From NCBI RefSeq assembly GCF_036971445.1, contig NC_091480.1:66030001-66094000 (forward strand): 64,000 nt of DNA, written 5' to 3'. The notes beneath the pieces are model-generated. The model was given only the letters and a program-made list of their open reading frames with translations, had not been told where the DNA came from and made no database searches. This DNA comes from Narcine bancroftii (lineage: Eukaryota). Positions 10,585-22,553 of the stretch are shown piece after piece; position 1 is the stretch's first letter, and each line of letters opens with the position of its first letter. The position numbers and the translations under genes are program-made.

Positions 10585-13500
10585 TCAGCTGCAGGCTCGT
10601 TTGTGGCTGACCAGTCCGATGCGGGACAGGCAGACACGATTGCAGCGGTTGCAAGGGAAAATTGGTTGGTTGGGGTTGGGTGTTGGGTTTTTCCTCCTTT
10701 GCCTTTTGTCAGTGAGGTGGGCTCTGCGGTCTTCTTCAAAGGAGGCTGCTGCCCGCCAAACTGTGAGGCGCCAAGATGCACGGTTTGAGGCGTTATCAGC
10801 CCACTGGCGGTGGTCAATGTGGCAGGCACCAAGAGATTTCTTTAGGCAGTCCTTGTACCTTTTCTTTGGTGCACCTCTGTCACGGTGGCCAGTGGAGAGC
10901 TCGCCATATAATACGATCTTGGGAAGGCGATGGTCCTCCATTCTGGAGACGTGACCCATCCAGCGCAGCTGGATCTTCAGCAGCGTGGACTCGATGCTGT
11001 CCACCTCTGCCATCTCGAGTACCTCGACGTTAGGGGTGTGAGCGCTCCAATGGATGTTGAGGATGGAGCGGAGACAACGCTGGTGGAAGCGTTCTAGGAG
11101 CCGTAGGTGGTGCCGGTAGAGGACCCATGATTCGGAGCCGAACAGGAGTGTGGGTATGACAACGGCTCTGTATACGCTTATCTTTGTGAGGTTTTTCAGT
11201 TGGTTGTTTTTCCAGACTCTTTTGTGTAGTCTTCCAAAGGCGCTATTTGCCTTGGCGAGTCTGTTGTCTATCTCATTGTCGATCCTTGCATCTGATGAAA
11301 TGGTGCAGCCGAGATAGGTAAACTGGTTGACCGTTTTGAGTTTTGTGTGCCCGATGGAGATGTGGGGGGGCTGGTAGTCATGGTGGGGAGCTGGCTGATG
11401 GAGGACCTCAGTTTTCTTCAGGCTGACTTCCAGGCCAAACATTTTGGCAGTTTCCGCAAAGCAGGACGTCAAGCGCTGAAGAGCTGGCTCTGAATGGGCA
11501 ACTAAAGCGGCATCATCTGCAAAGAGTAGTTCACGGACAAGTTTCTCTTGTGTCTTGGTGTGAGCTTGCAGGCGCCTCAGATTGAAGAGACTGCCATCCG
11601 TGCGGTACCGGATGTAAACAGCGTCTTCATTGTTGGGGTCTTTCATGGCTTGGTTCAGCATCATGCTGAAGAAGATTGAAAAGAGGGTTGGTGCGAGAAC
11701 ACAGCCTTGCTTCACGCCATTGTTAATGGAGAAGGGTTCAGAGAGCTCATTGCTGTATCTGACCCGACCTTGTTGGTTTTCGTGCAGTTGGATAATCATG
11801 TTGAGGAACTTTGGGGGACATCCGATGCGCTCTAGTATTTGCCAAAGCCCTTTCCTGCTCACGGTGTCGAAGGCTTTGGTGAGGTCAACAAAGGTGATGT
11901 AGAGTCCTTTGTTTTGTTCTCTGCACTTTTCTTGGAGCTGTCTGAGGGCAAAGACCATGTCAGTGGTTCCTCTGTTTGCGCGAAAGCCGCACTGTGATTC
12001 TGGGAGAATATTCTCAGCGACACTAGGTATTATTCTATTTAGTAGAATCCTAGCGAAGATTTTGCCTGCAATGGAGAGCAACGTGATTCCCCTGTAGTTT
12101 GAGCAGTCTGATTTCTCGCCTTTGTTTTTGTACAGGGTGATGATGGTGGCATCACGAAGATCCTGAGGCAGTTTACCTTGGTCCCAACAAAGCTTGAAAA
12201 ACTCATGCAGTTTGGCATGCAGAGTTTTGCCGCCAGCCTTCCAGACTTCTGGGGGGATTCCATCCATACCTGCTGCTTTGCCACTTTTCAGTTGTTCGAT
12301 TGCCTTATATGTCTCATCCAGGGTGGGAACCTCATCCAGCTCTAGCCTTAGGGGCTGTTGAGAGAGCTGGAGCAGGGCGGAATCTTGGACTGAGCGGTTG
12401 GTACTGAAAAGAGATTGGAAGTGTTCTGACCATCGGTTGAGGATGGAGATCTTGTCGCTGAGGAGGACTTTGCCGTCTGAGCTGCGCAGCGGGCTTTGGA
12501 CTTGGGGTGAGGGGCCGTACACAGCCTTTAGAGCCTCGTAGAAACCCCTGAAGTCGCCAATGTCCGCGCTGAGCTGTGTTCGTTTGGCGAGGCTAGTCCA
12601 CCACTCATTTTGGATCTCCCGGAGTTTGCGCTGAAGATGGCTGCATGCGCGACGGAAGGCTTGTTTCTTCTCTGGACAGGACGGCTTTGTAAGGTGAGCC
12701 TGGTGGGCAGCTCGCTTCTTTGCCAGCAGCTCCTGGATTTCCTGGCTGTTTTCGTCAAACCAGTCCTTGTTTTTCCTGGAGGAGAAGCCCAGTACCTCTT
12801 CAGTGGATTGCAGTATGGTAGCCTTCAACTGATCCCAGAGGGTTTCAGGGGACGGGTCCGTGAGGCGGGTTGCAACGTCGAGCTTTGCTTTGAGGTTTGC
12901 CTGGAAGTTTCCTCTCGCTTCGTCTGACTGCAGTTTTCCAACATTGAACCTCTTTCTGGGGGCTTTATTGTTCCTGGGCTTTGGCTTGAAGTGAAGGTTG
13001 AGCTTGCAGCGAACCAGCCGGTGGTCAGTGTGGCATTCCGCGCTAGGCATGACCCTGGTGTGGAGCACATCTTGTTTGTCACTTTCTCGCACCAGGATGT
13101 AGTCCAGGAGGTGCCAGTGTTTGGATCGGGGATGCATCCAGGTGGTCTTAAGGCTGTCCCTCTGCTGAAAAAGGGTGTTTGTAATGACAAGCCGCTGTTC
13201 TGCGCAGAGCTCCAACAGGAGGCGCCCATTGTCGTTGCACTTGCCGACGCCATGCTTGCCCAGGATTCCTGGCCAGGTTTCTGAGTCTTTGCCGACACGA
13301 GCGTTGAAGTCGCCCAGGATGACAACCTTGTCGGCTGTAGGGGTACGTTGGATGAGGTTGCGCAGGTCGGTGTAGAACTTGTTCTTTTCTGCTGGTTCCG
13401 CCTGGAGGGTTGGAGCATAGACACTGATGAGGGTGATGTGACGCTTGTTTTGAAGTGGGAGTCGCATGGACATGATTCGGTCCGAGAGGCCTGTCGGAAG

Positions 13501-13941
13501 GTTTTCGAGTTTGGAGGCAATGAAGCTCTTGACCATGAAGCCTACACCAGATAGGCGTCGTTCATCCGAAGGCTTGCCAGACCAGTAGAGTGTGTAGCCC
13601 GCGCCGCGTTCTTGGAGGCTGCCTACATCTGCCAGGCGGACTTCACTGAGAGCAGCTATGTCGATGTCAAGTCTGAGGAGTTCATGTGCAATGAGGGCAG
13701 ACCGACGTTCAGGTCGGTGGCTGTCGGTCTTGTCTAGCATGGTTCTGATGTTCCAGCATGCTAGCTTGAGTTTGTGAGCATCTTTTGAGGGGGAGGACGT
13801 GGAGGGGGAGGACGTGGAGGGGGAGGACGTGGAGGGGGAGGACGTTGAGGGGGAGGACGTGGACCTGTCCTCGGGCCTGCGCAAAGGAGCTTTTAGGTGG
13901 AGTGCAGTGCGCGCAGTACTGGCCCCACCCTTTACACCCAT
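10585..13941 (-). CDS. RTE ORF: APE endonuclease, reverse transcriptase and C-terminal zinc finger (1118 aa from the ATG)
   Basis: Uninterrupted ORF. APE motifs ACWNIRT, LSEVR, GDFNAR, LDYILV and TDH. RT motifs NYRGITLLS, FVDLTKAFD, GVKQGC, LFADD and YLG. C-terminal CNRC...SHKRAC. Confidence 0.95.
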   Translation of the reverse strand: MGVKGGASTARTALHLKAPLRRPEDRSTSSPSTSSPSTSSPSTSSPSTSSPSKDAHKLKLACWNIRTMLDKTDSHRPERRSALIAHELLRLDIDIAALSEVRLADVGSLQERGAGYTLYWSGKPSDERRLSGVGFMVKSFIASKLENLPTGLSDRIMSMRLPLQNKRHITLISVYAPTLQAEPAEKNKFYTDLRNLIQRTPTADKVVILGDFNARVGKDSETWPGILGKHGVGKCNDNGRLLLELCAEQRLVITNTLFQQRDSLKTTWMHPRSKHWHLLDYILVRESDKQDVLHTRVMPSAECHTDHRLVRCKLNLHFKPKPRNNKAPRKRFNVGKLQSDEARGNFQANLKAKLDVATRLTDPSPETLWDQLKATILQSTEEVLGFSSRKNKDWFDENSQEIQELLAKKRAAHQAHLTKPSCPEKKQAFRRACSHLQRKLREIQNEWWTSLAKRTQLSADIGDFRGFYEALKAVYGPSPQVQSPLRSSDGKVLLSDKISILNRWSEHFQSLFSTNRSVQDSALLQLSQQPLRLELDEVPTLDETYKAIEQLKSGKAAGMDGIPPEVWKAGGKTLHAKLHEFFKLCWDQGKLPQDLRDATIITLYKNKGEKSDCSNYRGITLLSIAGKIFARILLNRIIPSVAENILPESQCGFRANRGTTDMVFALRQLQEKCREQNKGLYITFVDLTKAFDTVSRKGLWQILERIGCPPKFLNMIIQLHENQQGRVRYSNELSEPFSINNGVKQGCVLAPTLFSIFFSMMLNQAMKDPNNEDAVYIRYRTDGSLFNLRRLQAHTKTQEKLVRELLFADDAALVAHSEPALQRLTSCFAETAKMFGLEVSLKKTEVLHQPAPHHDYQPPHISIGHTKLKTVNQFTYLGCTISSDARIDNEIDNRLAKANSAFGRLHKRVWKNNQLKNLTKISVYRAVVIPTLLFGSESWVLYRHHLRLLERFHQRCLRSILNIHWSAHTPNVEVLEMAEVDSIESTLLKIQLRWMGHVSRMEDHRLPKIVLYGELSTGHRDRGAPKKRYKDCLKKSLGACHIDHRQWADNASNRASWRLTVWRAAASFEEDRRAHLTDKRQRRKNPTPNPNQPIFPCNRCNRVCLSRIGLVSHKRACS
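13787..13862. repeat. 15-bp coding minisatellite (GGGGAGGACGTGGAG) x~5, encoding (TSSPS)n in the RTE N-terminus
   Basis: Read directly from the sequence and the ORF translation. Confidence 0.9.
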
Positions 13942-14085
13942 GGTTCGTGTGCCGTGGCCAAGCAAGCTGGGACGTGGCAGCGAGGTCCTTGGGTCGTAGG
14001 TTTTATATCGGAGTGGCCTTCTCCTATGCAGGTTTCTTACCCGGGCTGGAGGGGCCTGCCTCCCCTCCTAGGTCGGTCCATACTG

Positions 14086-14577
14086 CCCGGACCGGGGCCG
14101 AGGCCGCCGCAGTTCACCCTGTGCCTGGACTGGGGCCACCGCCTCCCACTCCCTGCCCGGACCGGGGCCTCCGCCTGCCTCACTCGACCGAGGCCGGGGC
14201 CGCCGTCTCCCCCTTGCTCCTGCCCGTATCGGGGCCGCCGCCGTCTACCCTTCGCCCGGACCGGGGCCGGGGCCGCTGCTGCTCTCCCTGTGCCTGGACT
14301 GGGGCCGCCGCCTCCCACTCCCTGTCCGGACCGGGGCCTCCGCCTGCCTCACTCGACCGAGGCCGGGGCCGCCGTCTCCCCCTTGCTCCTGCCCGTATCG
14401 GGGCCGCCGCCGTTTACCCTTCGCCCGGACCGGGGCCGGGGCCGCTGCTGCTCTCCCTGTGCCCGGACTGGGGCCGCCGTCTCCCCCTTGCTCCTGCCCG
14501 GATCGGGGCCGCCGCCGTCTACCCTTCGCCCGGACCGGGGCCGGGGCCGCTGCTGCTCTCCCTGTGCCCGGACTGGG
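14086..14577. repeat. GC-rich complex tandem repeat at the 5' end of the RTE insertion
   Basis: Recurring modules ccggaccggggcc, gctgctgctctccctgtgcc, ggactggggccgccg and tctcccccttgctcctgcccg. Confidence 0.85.
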
Positions 14578-17378
14578 GCATGCCGTCTATCTAATGTTAA
14601 TGAAACATCGGATTTCCATGTCACGGTAACACATTTCCTCGCTTTTACTAAAATCAACTTAACAAATTTTAATTGCAAATCTGACAGCGATAATGTAGGA
14701 GTGACACTTTCAAAATGTCCCAACAAAAATAATTCACGATTTAAAGGAAAGTTCACTCCTGTGATCCGTGGCAAACCCCCAAAGGGTTGACCTTTGAACA
14801 AGACCACGTGGAATGAAGAAAGGTACCAATATCCGTTCCACATCTAAAACATTGATCCGATAAATCCAATCTCCATCGACTCAATTTCTGAGGAGTAAAT
14901 ATGCAGCTGATGTAAAACATTATAATGAAATCATCTATCTCTTCCATTAATAGGATTTGTCAGAACCTCTTGACACAAATTTTGCCGGTTTTGTAGATCC
15001 ATAATCATGTCCAAACCTCGTTCCCATCTTTCTTTTGATTTAAGCAATCCTAATTTAGGTGTCAGTTCTTGTAACAAAATATATGCAATTGAAATAAATT
15101 TTTAAATCATTCCATCAACCATAATTTGTTCCAAATTTGAAAGATCTTTTGAATAGTTTCCGATCCTAGTTTCTCTCTTTAGAAAACCCTTCGATTGAAA
15201 ATAACTAATTAATGTATTTTAAGGTACATCATATTCAATCATTAATTGACCTTAACACCCCCTCCTCATTTCCCTTCTAATACCATCTATTTGAAAAAGG
15301 AATCTCTTTTGTAAAAATCAACAAGGGATTAATTAATGGCGTTTTCAATGAAAGAATATTTCCACCAGTTTCCAAGTTTATTTAATTCCAAATATTCAAC
15401 CAATGTTTTAATATTGGGCCTTCCCTGTCTATTACACTAGATTTAGAAAGACATTTATAAATAAACTCGTCTCCTATCTTATTTAATTCGATATCCACCC
15501 ATGATGGACTAATGTTAACGGACATAAAAACTAACAAGCTTAATTGTGCTGCTTTGTACCAATTCTTAAAATTGGGACGTTGTCTTCCTCCTTGATCATA
15601 TTTCCATGTTAATTTTACAACGACTTTCTTACCATCCTCACTTTCCAAAGAAATCCCTGAACTTGCTTATTTAAATCTTGAAAAAATTTTGAGGTTAAAG
15701 TGTGAACGTCTTCAATGCCGACGATACCAAAAGTTCGTGCTATACCTGAGAGTGGAGAAGGTGATCCCGGATTACAACAGGATGCAGATGAACTGGACAA
15801 GCAGAGCAAGGAACGGCAGATGGGATTTCACTCGGAAAGTGCGAGGTGTTGCATTGAGGTGGATTAATTAATCCAGGGCAAGAATTACATGGTGAATGGA
15901 AGGTCGCTGGGGCGTGCTGCAGCACAAGGAGGCTTGGGACGACAGCCAGATATTTCCATGGAGGCAGTGACCCAAGAGGACAGGGTAGCGAAGAAGGTGT
16001 TTTCCACGCTTGCCTTCTTTGGTTAGGGAAGTAAGTCCAGGTGCAGGGATGTCATGTTCCGACTCCACAGGACGTTGGGGAGACCAGAGCTGGAGTGTGG
16101 TGTGCAATTCTGGCCACCCAGCGATTGGAAAGATTGAATTGGAAATGGGTGCAGAACATTCATGAGAATGTTACTGGAGCTGGCATGATAATGAGAGGAT
16201 GGGTGGGCTGGGGCTTTCCCCTTGAAGTGCAGGGAACTTTTACAGTATAGTCTTACTATTCTAATATTTCAACTTCTATTCTAACTTATATTTATATCAA
16301 TATGCTCCTTGGTCCTGGAGAAAAGCTATTTCGTCTTTACTGTGCGAACACGTGTTGAACGTTGATGAAGGTGACTTGACTTGACTTGACGAGAGGGGCA
16401 AGTGGAGGAGACGAGCTGAGGGGACTCTGCGGCCGAGGGACCAGGTCATGCGGCGGGCTGCTGGCGACCGAGGCGAGGAACCCGCGGAAGGGAACGGCGA
16501 TTCAAAGAGGTGCCGATGGCGCTGAAGGGTCCTTGACCATGTCGGAGATCTGGAGCTCGAAGTGCCAATGGCTTGGACTGGATTCTGTGTGGCTGCGGGG
16601 GCAGGGGAAGCGCCGGAAGCGAATCTAAGGGGATGGGGGGTGGGGTGGGGGTGATTCTCTCCCTATAACTGTAAGTCTGACTGTAAGATCTATCAGAGGC
16701 GCTTTGGCAATTACTGCCGGTGGCGAATCTGTCTGCCTTGCAGCAAGCAAAAGGACATTTCATGTAATAGGACACTCTTTTACCACCAGCATGATCAGTT
16801 GAAGCTAGAATCTTGAAAGATTTAAAGGGGACCTGTGGGGCACAGTTGTCATACAAAGGGTGGTGGGGAAATAGAAGGAGCGGCCAGAGACAGGAAAATT
16901 GTAAGGTGCACGAACGTCCATGGACAGGAAAGGTTTGAAGGCACATGGCTAAAGGCAGGTCAATGGGAGGAGATTGGAGTGTGCTGGGGACATCTGTAAC
17001 CCAACCGCGGGGCTGGATGGGCTGAGAAGAATGGCCCCTTCCCCGTCTCTTCGTCGCCTCCAGCCCGACACGGCCGTGCAGCTCTGGGCAGTCAGGAGCC
17101 TGCTTTTCTGGAGCCCACACATTTCTGCTGACGCCAGCGTTGCCCGCAGCGCCAAGGGCGGTGAGCAGCGCAGGGGAACAGGTTGGAACTCACGGCAGAA
17201 GGTGGCGGCCGACTCCTCCTCCCTCTCTCCATTGCTCCAACCCCATCCTTGTCACCTGATAAGCCGACCAAGCCCTCTGTACAGCTCATAAAAGCAGCTC
17301 CAGCCTCTCTCGGCTGCACCGGGGACTTGCGATCGCCGGAGCAGCTTCGCCGCCACAGAGCCCACATCATCTTTCACC

Positions 17379-20300
17379 ATGTCCTTAACAGGGATCAAGA
17401 TAACAAGAAGCTCCTCCAGCAGATCAGGAGGACAACGAAGCTCCGGATTGGGACAATGGGGCGGGAGCCGCATGTCTTCCATAGGTGGAGGATTCAGATC
17501 GTCTGGAGGATACCAGGGTGCCGGGCGGGCTCAAAGTCTCATCCTGTCCAGTTCGAGAAGCTCGAGGTTGTCCCGCCCCTCCGGCATGGGGCTCGGTGTT
17601 GGTATGGGGCTCGGTGTTGGCATAGGGCTCGGTGTTGGCATGAAGACGGCTGTGGATCTGCACAGCCCCTTACCCAAAAATGACCTCAGTCAGCAAGCCA
17701 TTCGTCTCCAGGAGACGCAGCAGATCACTGGGCTCAACGACCGGTTTGCCTCTTTCATTGAGCAGGTCAGTGCACCAGCTCTCCCCCGTCGCGCATGTTG
17801 GGAAGCCGGGGTTGCGTGTGTCTGGCCAAATGGCGCCTCCTTTCCTTGCCGGCTCCCTGTCAATCTAACCGTGGGCTCGCTTCCCATCCGCAGGTTTGCG
17901 CGCTGGAACTGAAAAATACTGAACTGAAGACCAAACTGGATCTCCTGCAAAAGCAGGGAACTTCCACATCGAACATCGAGAACATGTTCCAAATGTACAT
18001 CGCCAACCTCAAGAGGCAACTGGAAGCTCTGGGGCAGGAGAAAGCGAAGTTCGAGTCGGACCTTGTGCAAATGCAGGCGCTGGTTGAGGACTTTAAGGGC
18101 AAGTAAGTGCGTGTGAGGCATTCCCCATTTCATCTGTTCTCGTCCCGGACGCGCTCACGGGGTCAGAGACATGGAGCAGAAGCCGGCAGATTGCGGCAAG
18201 GTTCAATGCATGAGGCACCCCGCTCTCTCCCACTCGGACACTTGGTTCTGGTGCGGCGGAGCAACAGCAGCGAGTGGGCGTCTGGGGCTTCTCTATGGGA
18301 CCGGCAAGTGCGCCAAGAGGAGAGGCGCAGGCGAAGCCGAGCTCTGGAACGCGAGGAGCCTCCCAGAACTCTGAAAGCCAGCGAGATGGACCGGGAGATT
18401 CAGGGCAAGGAGGGCGCGCTGGTCTGGGGCGCGGCAGGGCCGATACTTCCCACGGAGCAGGGAGGGAAGAGCACTCCCAATGAACCGGGCAGCGTGCGAG
18501 GCGTCAGCACAAAGCAGCAGGGTCCCCTCGCAGCAACGGGACTCAATGCCTTCTTTGGAAGAGATTTTCCCTAAAGTCTAGATTCCTTTCAGGTACGAGG
18601 ATGAAATTAACAAGCGGACTGAAATGGAGAACGAGTTTGTCATCGTCAAGAAGGTGAGTATGACTGGCGAGCTGTCTGTCCAATATGTCAAGCGCATTTC
18701 CGAGCGAGCTTTTCAAAGGCGTGGGTCACGAACATCTGTGGACACCGTGGTTGAAGTAAGCAACGACCTTTCACAGCCGTGTGTCCCTTTCCTCTTCAGG
18801 ATGTCGATGAATCCTACATGAACAAGGTGGAACTGGAGGCGAGGCTGGAAGCCTTGACCGATGAACTCGAATTCCTCAAGAGTATCTTTGACGAGGTAAA
18901 CAGGCGACATGGTCCGGCAATTGGTCCCTTGCCGATCCCTTCAATCTCCTTTCAGTTCTTTTCCTTCCGCCTGTTATGAGTCCAGAGGAGCCCAAAGCCC
19001 AGCAGCAAAAGATATTCACCACGACAAGTAGTTACTTCAACAAAAGTTGTTTTAAATTCTCTTTAAACATGGAAACAGGATCAAACTTTAACGTATCACT
19101 ATTAACTTAACGCCCCGACTTAAGCCCCTTTTCATTCTGAGCGCACGTGTACGTAATGTGTGCGTAAATTTAAGAAATGTTCTTTGGAAAGGTAAATGTT
19201 TACCACCCAGGAAGGTTCTTGGAGGTTTGCAGAGAGACATGTGCTGTTCCAGGATTTGCACAATTCAGGTACCACCATTATTCACCTCAATGTCTTTTTG
19301 ATGAAACTTGCCCCATGTGGGTTCTCTAGATGATAACCTCTTTCTTTCTGGCCAGCACAGAGTTCCTTTCTGTTCTTCCTATTCCAAAAGAAACATCAGA
19401 CAGATAGCACTTCCAGCCATCCGCCACACTGGAGCTTCTGTTTCAGTTTGAACAACCTTCTCCTGGCTGACATTGTTCAGTTTCTCCCTCTCTCTGAGAT
19501 TCAGAACAGCCAGCCACATGTCATTCTCTCTCTCTCTCTCTCTCTCACACTTGCAAAAACCCCTCCTCCTTCTCCAGCAAACAATAGGAGTTCATCTTCT
19601 GCTCCCATCTGTTGTTTTAGGTAAACAAACGTCTCAATGACCTTTGAGTGAGCCCTTTGCAGAGAGGTCAGAAGGCTTGCAAAAATGTCCAACATCATTT
19701 CAATTAGCACCTAATTGTGCAATGTGCATTGCATTCTGCATAGTTTCTGTAAAGCCACTGAATATGAATGCTTCAGAATTTCAAATAAGATCTGTTTTAA
19801 AATGTGTGTATGTATGTAACCTACTCTAATTCTACCAATTTATCTCCCCAAAACATCTCCAAATATTCCATCACACCACCCACCTTTAGGAAATCCGCGA
19901 GCTACAGGCACAGATCCAGAACACTTCTGTCTGCGTGCAAGTGGACACTTCTCGTAAACTGGATATGAGTGGGATCATTGAACAGATCAAGAATCAATAT
20001 AAAATATTGGCAGATGCTAACCGCAAGGAGGCTGAACAATGGAAAATGATGAAGGTAAGCATTCGCATCCAAGTCGCCAGGTCCCACCTGCACTGGCAGC
20101 TCTGACCTCTGTGTTGGAGGGGGAAACCTTTTGCTGACCAGTTCTCAATGTGTCCTTGCAGATGCAAGAGCTGAGCATGTCAGGTGGAGGTTTGGAAGCA
20201 GACATGCGGGCAATAAAAACAGAATGTAATGATCTGAATCAATCCATCCGGAGAATCAGCATGGACATCGAAAATCTTAAAGCCCAGGTAAGCCTCGGAG

Positions 20301-22553
20301 TGAAAGCATGCAGGATCTGGGTATCAACACCCGCAGTTTGGCAAAATACCCGCTTCTCCTCCCAGCCCAAAGCAAACGGCCAAGAGACGACTGAAATATC
20401 CGATCAATTGGGTCGAATTCTGCCATTCCAGGACCCTCTCACTCCTTCCGGGGAAAGGCTTAGGATCCTGATCCATTCTCAGCCAATCTACAACACAGCA
20501 CGCTCAGCATGGTCCTTCTCAAGGAGGGGGTTTGGGTGGCATGTGGCAGGTGAGGCAGCGCTCCACGTACAAGTCATCATGTTAACCTTTGTGCCACTTA
20601 GCGTTTGAAACTGGAGGCTGATATCAGAGAAGCGGAAGAACGTGGGGAAATGTCTCTCAAAGGCAGTAAAAGCAGAATTCAAGAACTGCAAGACGCCATC
20701 CAGAAAGCCAAGCAAGAGATGACCAAGCAAGTCCAGGAACTCGAGAATCTGATGCAAGTCAAGCTGGGTCTGGATATGGAGATTCTTGCCTACAGGAAGC
20801 TCCTAGAGGGAGAGGAAGCAAGGTAGGACATTGGGTAGTTCCACCTTCCATGTGTGACACCTCTACACCAATTCTGTTTTCTTGTTCCAAAGGAGCATGG
20901 GTGCAGCAGCCACGTACCTTGTACCCATGTGCTCCGCGGTGTGCCCCATTTGAGGTTGTGGAGATCCCTGCCATGCTCAGAAAGATGACTGCTTTTTACT
21001 ATCAGCACTCAGGCGTGAAGAATGAGCAGCTCGGGCAAGGGTCTGCAGGCTAGAAATCCCCACGGGGTTTCACCCAACCAAGTCAGTGTTCCTTCGAGAC
21101 GGAAGCAATTTGTAAACCTGAGCAAAATATGCCTCGAAACGTCCTCGAAAGGCCTGTGGTAACACGAATATTTCTTCTCAACAGGATGGCCGAAGGGATA
21201 AGAACACTCAGCATCCAATCAGTGCAACAGCAAGGTAGGCAGACGTGTCAAGATTTTACCCAGAGAACACAGCTATATGCATTGCTTTAATGATACTTGT
21301 TCATGAGTGTTACCTCACTGGCCTTCATGGTCTCCTGGCCAAGAGATGGTGTGAACTGAACTCCTCGCTTTTCCCTTCACATCCACTGTCCTTTCCTCAG
21401 AAAGCTCACAGTTGACATCTCACCCCTAACTGAGACTCCACATCGCGGCCTTCTTCTGCGATCAGTCGTCGGATGGCACCCTGGCTCCCAGCCTGTTGCT
21501 TTAACGAGACTCCATGTGTCTGTCTCATGGGCAGCAATCCCTCCTCATCCTTACCCTACCCGTGTCTCTGCAACAATATACACCGTTGCATTCACCTTCA
21601 TTCTCCAGTGTTTCTTCTGCCTTCTCTCATTGGGACGGGATGCCCTCGCCCCTTTTGATGCCTGACTACCATTTGGTCAGCCGTTCATTCCCTCTAATGT
21701 CTGCTCTTCCTGTTCTGACATCAAGCCAAGGCATTCATCAGAGACATAGTAGCAAGGCCATTCACCTCCATCGTCACCTCCTTCCTATAATCTAACTCAG
21801 TCCCTAAGTCAGGCTGACCTATTCATTTGTGCTTTTCCCTCTTCCACATTGAACTGTTGTGCTCCTCTCTTGGAGCCCTGTCCCAATTCTTGTTGGTCCA
21901 TCCATCTCCATCAAAGATCTCTTGTCCTCCTTGTAACTTATTCCAACTCCCACCACCCGCTTTGTTCCCTGATGTATATTTGTTCCGAACTTGGTAATGT
22001 TGCATCTTTCCGATCTCAGTGTCCAACTCTCTCCAGAGCCCTGTGACTGTCCTTACTTATCTCTGCACTCTACTGTCCTGTTATCTCGGTGCCGTGACTG
22101 ACGGATGCACCTCGAGCTCCCAAATGCTGACATTTCAGTGATCACCTTTCCAAATCTTACTTCGTCTCGGGTTCTCTTTCCCTCTTTTCAAACGCCGTTT
22201 CTCCCCGCCCCCCTCCCCTCCCACCCCCCACCCCCATGTTTTGATGTGTGCCGATGTAGCTTAGAGTGAAGCTTGTGTTCGATCGAGTCCTTTGGGGTGC
22301 ATTGTAGTAGCAAAGTGTCTGCCTTGGTTGTTGCAGTTCTTTCCGAAATTGCAGCGTCCTCATTTCAATGGCCTTTCTCCCCCTTCTCTCCCCCACTGCA
22401 GCTGATTATGGGCAATTTAATCAATTGAGTAGCAAACTGTCTGGATTTCTCCAAGGGGCCGGTGAGATGGAAAGCTCTTCCATACAACTCGGAACACCAT
22501 TAATTACGAAATCGGTGCTGCAATCCAAAAGCCAAGTGCAGAGCACATTTTAA
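17379..22553 (+). CDS. Type II keratin, array copy 2; 9 exons, 488 aa
   Basis: Exons 17379-17765, 17894-18102, 18593-18653, 18800-18895, 19890-20054, 20162-20287, 20602-20822, 21185-21234, 22402-22553. Near-identical to copy 1; the tail reads NQLSSKLSG instead of NQSSSKMSG. Confidence 0.93.

Larger units (their letters stand above)
10529..14577 (-). mobile_element. Full-length young RTE-clade non-LTR retrotransposon, present only in unit 1
   Basis: Absent at the equivalent sites of units 2 and 3 (empty site 27746-27776). 3' end agccaagccaaagaaag, intact ORF, and a GC-rich repetitive 5' leader. Confidence 0.92.
10088..15690 (-). mobile_element. Old L1 3' fragment, split here by the RTE insertion; uninterrupted at ~27310-28880 and ~40500-42070
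   Basis: AT-rich, with a T-rich (minus-strand poly-A) end and an L1 ORF2 zinc-knuckle remnant TPQKL...CFRCGTDIGTFLHSTWSC. Many frameshifts. Confidence 0.7.

Noticed and set aside
13785-14790. Long + strand ORFs (269 and 297 aa)
   Set aside because: They arise from stop-poor GC-rich repeats antisense to the RTE leader and show no domain signal.
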